NCBI GenBank assembly: GCA_041687695.1
Contig: JAWLBL010000002.1
Coordinates: 318,983-382,982 of the forward strand
Direction of reading: 5' to 3'
DNA from: Myxococcota bacterium
GTDB taxonomy: Bacteria > Myxococcota_A > UBA9042 > PHBI01 > JAWLBL01
DNA: 64,000 nt
A program made the position numbers and the translations under genes. Below, one piece after another: positions 58,894 to 64,000 of the stretch (position 1 is its first letter; every line of letters begins with the position of its first letter). The notes under the pieces were generated by a model that made no database searches, was not told where the DNA came from, and saw nothing but the letters and a program-made list of their open reading frames with translations.

Positions 58894-58992
58894 CTAGGGT
58901 GTCGTACGTCGCGCCACGGCCTCGAAGCGCTCCAGCGCCTCGAGGCCGACCGGCAGCTCGCGCCACATCCGCTCCAGGTCGACGCTGGCGTA
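58894..58992 (-). pseudogene. 3' remnant of a HEPN (DUF86/HepT-like) gene
   Basis: YASVDLERMWRELPVGLEALERF matches what follows the RX4H motif in HepT-like proteins; the motif itself is missing. Confidence 0.55.
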
Positions 58993-59278
58993 GAGGGCAC
59001 TCCGATGGGGGCCGCTAGCTTCTGCGGGCGCGCGAGCATCCGCGGGCGCCGCGAGCGGCGCCGATCCAACGAGCCCTCGCGAGCGAGGGCACTCCAACGG
59101 CTCGCCACCCGTTCACGCGCCAGCCGCGCTCGGGAATCCAGCACCTCCACCGCCGTCAGCCCATGCGGCAGCTCCTGAGCGTCCTGGAGTGCACCCGCTC
59201 GCGGGTGCTCGTTGGATCAGCGCCGCTGGCGGCGCTCGGGAATCCAGCACCTCCACCGCCGTCAGCCCATGCGGCAGC
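58993..59278. repeat. REP/BIME-like cluster: inverted 43-bp palindromic units and 47-bp direct repeats
   Basis: 59054-59096 matches the reverse complement of 59185-59227 at 38/43; 59126-59172 equals 59232-59278; a truncated third unit lies at 58993-59003. Confidence 0.85.
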
Positions 59279-59372
59279 GCTTGGTTTGGGGTGCGAGCGA
59301 CCCGGCCCACCCCCGTGAGGAGGGCCGCTTTGCCAAGTACCTCGACGGGCGCGTGGAGAAGTTGGCCACCTG

Positions 59373-59458
59373 ACACCGAACAGCACGGCGAGCCGCAGCG
59401 CCGGCCCGGCCGCGAGGACCGGACCGGCGGCGCGCGTGATGTCGTCCAGGGTGGTCAC
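59373..59458 (-). pseudogene. 5' remnant of a minimal nucleotidyltransferase (MntA-like) gene
   Basis: MTTLDDITRAAGPVLAAGPALRLAVLFG breaks exactly where the GS...DxD motif should follow. Confidence 0.55.
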
Positions 59459-59502
59459 ACGGTCAGTATGACGACCGCGCAGACCTCGGGCGACGCGCGG
59501 CG

Positions 59503-60102
59503 TCAGCCGGCCAGCGAGAACGAGAAGCTGTGGGTGTGGGCGTTGACCAGCGTGGTCTCCTTGACCACGGTCTGGCCCGCCTCGATCTGGTCCAGCTCGG
59601 CCTCGGTCAGCTCGACGACGTGCGTGTGGCCCAGATCCAGCGTCGTCTCGCGCGAGAGGCCGGCGCTGGGCGAGTCGACGATCTCGGCCCCGGTCAGGGT
59701 CAGGTCGTGGGTGTGGCCCACGGCGACCGTCGACGTGAAGGTGATCTGGGCCGGGATGACGTCGTCGTCGACGTCGGCCACGTCGTTGGCGTCGGCGACA
59801 TCGTCCGCGTCCGCCACGTCGTCGACCGCATCGGCCGCGTCGTCGTCGGCGTCGGCCACGTCATCGACCGCGTCGGCCACGTCGTCATCGACGTCCGCCA
59901 CGTCATCGACCGCGTCGGCCACGTCCTCGACCACGTCGGCCACATCGCCGTCGATGACGTCGGGCACGTCCGCCACGTCGGTCACCGCGGTGTCCTGCGG
60001 CTTGACCTCGCCGTCATCGTCGTCGCAGGCCACGAACACGCGGCCCGCGGGCACCACCAGCATCACGCCGCCCAGCAGGCGGATGAATTGCCGTCTCTCC
60101 AT
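59503..60102 (-). CDS. Tat-signal lipoprotein with acidic heptad repeats and HxH metal-binding motifs
   Basis: MERRQFI...VFVAC signal; about 8 DVAD(A/V)(V/D)D repeats; GHTH, GHTH and AHTH. Start could instead be 60108. Confidence 0.8.
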   Translation of the reverse strand: MERRQFIRLLGGVMLVVPAGRVFVACDDDDGEVKPQDTAVTDVADVPDVIDGDVADVVEDVADAVDDVADVDDDVADAVDDVADADDDAADAVDDVADADDVADANDVADVDDDVIPAQITFTSTVAVGHTHDLTLTGAEIVDSPSAGLSRETTLDLGHTHVVELTEAELDQIEAGQTVVKETTLVNAHTHSFSFSLAG

Positions 60103-60214
60103 TCCCATGGCACGGACTCCAGCAGGTTGTCGGGGGACCGCGCCATCCTCCGCCCCACCCCGGCGCCGCACAACCTAGCGTGCGCTTGCCGCGACCTGCC
60201 CGCGACGCCGGACC

Positions 60215-61027
60215 TCAGAGCCGTCCGTTGAGCACCAGCACGGCCACGATGCCGGCCGCCGCGATGCGCCACCAGGCGAAGACGCCCAGGCCCCGCCGCT
60301 CGAGCCAAGAGACCATCCAGCGCACGGCGATGACCGCCGACACCCACGCCGTCAGCAGCCCCACCAGCAGCGGCACGGCCCCATAGGCCTCGAGCATCGT
60401 GTCACCCTGCTGCAGCGCCTTGTAGGCCGTGGCCGCGCCCAGGGTGATGACCCCCAGCAAGAACGACAGCTCGACCGCGGCGATGAGCGACAGCCCGACC
60501 CCCAGCCCGCCCAGGATGGTCACCAGGCTCCGGCTGGTCCCGGGCCACATCGCCAGGCACTGCATGAACCCGACGAGCAGCGCCCCGCGCCAGGAGAGCG
60601 CCTCGAGCCCCAGCCCCTCGCGCCCCCCGGTCAACCGCTTGCGCAGCGCCAGCAGCAGCACGCCGCCGGCCGCCCAGGCCGCCACGATGGGCCACGGCCC
60701 GAACAGGTGCTCCTCGATCTTCTCGTCGAAGGCCAGCCCGAACACGGCCGCCGGCAAGAAGGCCAGCATCAGCAGCCCCCCCAGCCGCGCCCCCGCCGGG
60801 TCCTTGCCCAAGAATCCCAGCCCGATGCGCGCCACCCGCTGCCGGTACAGCCCCAGCACCGCCAGGATGGCGCCCGCCTGGATGGCGATGGCGAAGGCGT
60901 TGGCCGCCGGATCGCCGCCGATGCCCAGCAGGCCCTGCACGACCAGCAGGTGCCCGGTCGAGCTGACCGGCAGGTACTCGGTCAGCCCCTCGACGAGGCC
61001 CAGCACGACCGCTTCCCAGACTTCCAT
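60215..61027 (-). CDS. uppP: Undecaprenyl-diphosphate phosphatase
   Basis: Motifs EGLTEYLPVSSTGH, IQAGAILA and PGTSRS. Confidence 0.95.
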   Translation of the reverse strand: MEVWEAVVLGLVEGLTEYLPVSSTGHLLVVQGLLGIGGDPAANAFAIAIQAGAILAVLGLYRQRVARIGLGFLGKDPAGARLGGLLMLAFLPAAVFGLAFDEKIEEHLFGPWPIVAAWAAGGVLLLALRKRLTGGREGLGLEALSWRGALLVGFMQCLAMWPGTSRSLVTILGGLGVGLSLIAAVELSFLLGVITLGAATAYKALQQGDTMLEAYGAVPLLVGLLTAWVSAVIAVRWMVSWLERRGLGVFAWWRIAAAGIVAVLVLNGRL

Positions 61028-61130
61028 CGAGCGACTCCTGGCGGCTGGTGGCGCGAGCGGGTCCGCCGCCCACGCGACGGAACCGCTATAAGGTAGGCGC
61101 GCCGCGCCGCCAAGCTTCCCGCCCGGACGG

Positions 61131-62666
61131 TCAGTGCCCCGCGGTCGGCAGGGCGGCTCCCGGCTTGTCGTGGGTGCCGATCCGCTCGATGAGGCTCGCG
61201 CAGCGCGGGCTCAGGCCGACCAGCTCGACCTCGGCGCCGCGGGCGCGGAACTTCAGGACCGCGCGGTCGATGGCGGCCACCGCCGAGGCGTCCCAGACCG
61301 AGGCGTCGGTGACGTCGATGACCACGCGCTCGACCGCCTCCTTGAAGTCGAACGCGTCGCCGAAGTCCTCGGCCGACACGAAGAACAGCGCGCCGGTGAC
61401 CGTGTAGGTGCGCGTGCGGCCGTCCTCGGACAGCGCCGACTCGACGATGAACAGCTTGGCGACCCGCCGGGCGAACAGCAGCGCGCTGAGCAGCACGCCG
61501 ACCATGACACCCAGCGCCAGGTCGTGGGTCAGGACGACCGTCGCGACGGTCACGGCCATGATGAGGGTCTCGCTGAAGGGCAGCACGCGGATGGCGGCGA
61601 GCGACCTCCAGTCGAAGGTGCTGAACGAGACCATGAACATCACGGCGACCAGGGCGCCCATCGGGATGAGCGCGACCTGCTCGCCGAGGACCAGGATCAT
61701 GAAGAGGAGGAAGACGCCGGCCAGGAAGGTCGACAGGCGCCCGCGGCCGCCCGACTGCACGTTGATGACCGACTGGCCGATCATCGCGCAGCCGGCCATG
61801 CCGCCGAAGAAGCCGGCGACGATGTTGCCGGCGCCCTGGCCGGCCGCCTCGGAGTGCTTGCAGCTGGGGGTGTCGGTCAGGTCGTCGACCACCTTGGCGG
61901 TCAGCAGCGACTCGATGAGGCCGACCATCGCCAGCGCGAGGGCGTAGGGGGCGATGATGCGGAAGGTCTCGAGGGTGAAGGGCACGGCCGGGATGTGGAA
62001 CCAGGGCAGCGACTCGGGCAGGGCGCCCATGTCGCCGACGGTGCGCACGTCGAAGCCAGTCAGGACCGAGACGCCGGTCAGGACCACGATGGCGACCAGC
62101 GGCGAGGGGACCGCCTTCGTGAACCTGGGCAGGCCGTAGATGATGGCCAGGCCGGCGGCGACGAAGCCGTACATGGCCAGGCCGGCGCCCTCGAACTGAG
62201 GCAGCTGCGCCATGAAGATGAGGATGGCCAGCGCGTTGACGAAGCCGGTCATGACGGGCCGCGGCACGAACTTCATGTAGCGGCTGAGCCGGAACAGGCG
62301 AAAGACCAGCTGGAAGACGCCGGTCAGGACCGTGGCAGCGAACAGGTACTCGACGCCGTGCTGGGCGACGAGGGTGATCATCAGCAGCGCCATGGCGCCG
62401 GTGGCGGCCGAGATCATGCCGGTGCGGCCGCCGAAGACGGCCGTGGTCACGGCGATGATGAACGAGGCGTATAGGCCGACCTTGGGGTCGACGCCGGCGA
62501 TGATCGAGAAGGCGATGGCCTCGGGGATGAGGGCCAGGGCGACCGTGACGGCGGCCAGCACGTCCCCACGGACGTTGCCGAGCCACTCCTCGCGCAGCCG
62601 CGCCCGGTCGGGGCGGGGAAAGCGCAAGGTGAGGTGTCGGCCGAGGGCTTGGGTGAACGATTGCAA
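61131..62666 (-). CDS. SulP-family anion transporter with C-terminal STAS domain
   Basis: Motifs [34 protein letters not shown] and GALFF. Start uncertain (TTG 62666 assumed). Confidence 0.92.
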   Translation of the reverse strand: MQSFTQALGRHLTLRFPRPDRARLREEWLGNVRGDVLAAVTVALALIPEAIAFSIIAGVDPKVGLYASFIIAVTTAVFGGRTGMISAATGAMALLMITLVAQHGVEYLFAATVLTGVFQLVFRLFRLSRYMKFVPRPVMTGFVNALAILIFMAQLPQFEGAGLAMYGFVAAGLAIIYGLPRFTKAVPSPLVAIVVLTGVSVLTGFDVRTVGDMGALPESLPWFHIPAVPFTLETFRIIAPYALALAMVGLIESLLTAKVVDDLTDTPSCKHSEAAGQGAGNIVAGFFGGMAGCAMIGQSVINVQSGGRGRLSTFLAGVFLLFMILVLGEQVALIPMGALVAVMFMVSFSTFDWRSLAAIRVLPFSETLIMAVTVATVVLTHDLALGVMVGVLLSALLFARRVAKLFIVESALSEDGRTRTYTVTGALFFVSAEDFGDAFDFKEAVERVVIDVTDASVWDASAVAAIDRAVLKFRARGAEVELVGLSPRCASLIERIGTHDKPGAALPTAGH

Positions 62667-62684
62667 AACCAGACTTCCGTAGAG

Positions 62685-62717
62685 CAAAAGAAGGCCGGGC
62701 CTCCGCTGGGGGGGCCT
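62685..62717 (-). terminator. Terminator-like hairpin in the SulP leader
   Basis: AGGCC...GGCCT followed by TCTTTT, immediately upstream of the presumed start. Confidence 0.4.
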
Positions 62718-63027
62718 GACTGGTGAGTGGAGCAGCCGCCGTAGGCGCGTCGTCTCACAGGCCGTCGTCACGACGGGCCGAGACCGGTTGTCTGCGCGTG
62801 AGCTGCCCTGAACACCGGCGCGCAGAGAACCTGCCCGCCGCGAGGCGGCTTCTGACACGGCGCGTCAGAGGGCGCAAGCCAATAAAGCGGCGTCACCTTC
62901 CGTGCTTACGCGGGATCGGGGGCTCAGGCGGCGCCTGGGCTGGGTGGGTCATTTCGCCCGCGTCACACCGCCGCGGCGGACGTGCTACCCTCGCCAGCCC
63001 CGCCCATCCCCCCCGTCCGGAGCCCCC

Positions 63028-63735
63028 ATGAGCCCCTCGAACCTGAAGATCCTGGCCTGGGAGGAGACCCCGCTCGGCGTGTTCTGCCTGAGGCAGCGGC
63101 GCCTGCTGAGCGACCCCGGGCGCGTGGTCACCGACATCACCGTCGACCACGAGCTGCTGATGACGGACCTGGTGACCGACTCCGAGGAGGCGCTGTCGGG
63201 CGGCGCCCTCGCGCGGCACCCTGGCCGCGACCTGCGCGTCCTGGTCGGCGGCCTGGGCCTGGGCCACACCGCCCACGCCGTCCTGGCCAGCGACCGCGTC
63301 GCCCAGCTGACCGTCGTCGAGTACGTGCCGCAGGTCGTCGACTGGCTGAGGTCCGGCCTCATCCCTCTGTCGGCCGCGCTGCTGGCCGACCCGCGCCTCG
63401 CCGTCGTCCAGGGCGACGTCTACGCTCGCCTCGCCCAGCCGCCCTCCACGATGCATGGGGACCGCTGGGACCTCGTCCTCATCGACGTCGACCACTCCCC
63501 CGACGAGCAGCTCTCGGGCGCCAACGCCCCCTTCTACACCGACGAAGGCCTCACCCGCGCCCGCGCCCACCTCGCCCCCGGCGGCCTGTTGGGCGTCTGG
63601 TCCCACGCCGCCAGCTCGCCCTTCGCCGACGCCCTCCGCCGCGTCTTCCCCGAGGTCACCCTCCACCCCGTGACCGCCCACGACCCCGCGGCCGACGAGA
63701 CCCTGACCCACTGGCTCTTCTTCGCCCGCGCCTGA
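63028..63735 (+). CDS. Spermidine synthase-like SAM-dependent protein
   Basis: Motifs VLVGGLGLGHT, VVE, LIDVDHSP and LAPGGLLGVWS. Confidence 0.85.
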   Translation: MSPSNLKILAWEETPLGVFCLRQRRLLSDPGRVVTDITVDHELLMTDLVTDSEEALSGGALARHPGRDLRVLVGGLGLGHTAHAVLASDRVAQLTVVEYVPQVVDWLRSGLIPLSAALLADPRLAVVQGDVYARLAQPPSTMHGDRWDLVLIDVDHSPDEQLSGANAPFYTDEGLTRARAHLAPGGLLGVWSHAASSPFADALRRVFPEVTLHPVTAHDPAADETLTHWLFFARA

Positions 63736-63780
63736 CCCCACCGGCCCCGAGCTGGCGCCACCCCCGGCAGGTCGCCGCCT

Positions 63781-63877
63781 GGGACCGCCCGCTTCCAGGG
63801 ACCGCCGGCTTCCAGCCGGCCCGGGCTCTGCCCCCACCCCCGGGCTTCCGCCGCCTGGCAGGCTTCCAGCCGGCCCG
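63781..63877. repeat. REP-like palindromes (GCCGGCTTCCAGCCGGC family)
   Basis: gggaccgcccgcttccag, gggaccgccggcttccagccggccc and ggcaggcttccagccggccc, clustered after the stop codon. Confidence 0.6.
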
Positions 63878-64000
63878 CGCTCACGACGCTCCCGGCGACC
63901 GGGCCTAGGAGCCTGTAGGGAATTGCACCGAGGCGCTCGGCTTGTGGGGCCGCCCGGCTAGCGAAGCGAGGCGTCAGCCGTGCTCGTGTGGCCCAGTAGA

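Noticed and set aside
1..64000. tRNA, rRNA, prophage or intact transposase/integrase
   Set aside because: No cloverleaf or T-loop context, rRNA-like tract, phage structural gene or DDE/tyrosine-recombinase motif was recognised by eye; tRNAscan and HMM searches were not run.

Overview
Very GC-rich chromosomal segment, most likely from a myxobacterium-like organism (Myxococcota). This is inferred from a MYXO-CTERM-type sorting tail, many Cys-rich repeat lipoproteins and a Hanks-type kinase. It holds about 50 genes. Housekeeping genes include hisC-aroA, aroF, an RlmN-family enzyme, galU, crcB, prfB with its canonical +1 frameshift, uppP, a SulP transporter and a spmAB fusion. It also has a TetR-controlled Lol-like ABC/outer-membrane export operon, signalling genes (membrane adenylate/guanylate cyclase, kinase-receiver fusion, CHASE histidine kinase), numerous secreted repeat proteins and an accessory block at about 44.4-55.5 kb. 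No rRNA, tRNA, CRISPR array or intact transposase was seen. The most notable item sits at the window centre: a single protein fusing a Clp1-type polynucleotide 5'-kinase to an RNase Z-type metallo-beta-lactamase, a candidate one-chain RNA end-healing enzyme. Other notable items are a MNT-HEPN toxin-antitoxin pair destroyed by a cluster of REP-like palindromes, a 10-residue motif shared by two unrelated lipoprotein tethers, a sigma54-driven 61-aa ORF, a 56-aa basic ORF ahead of galU, a structured SulP leader and a CCGWGG intergenic repeat array. All calls come from reading motifs by eye; no database search was run.
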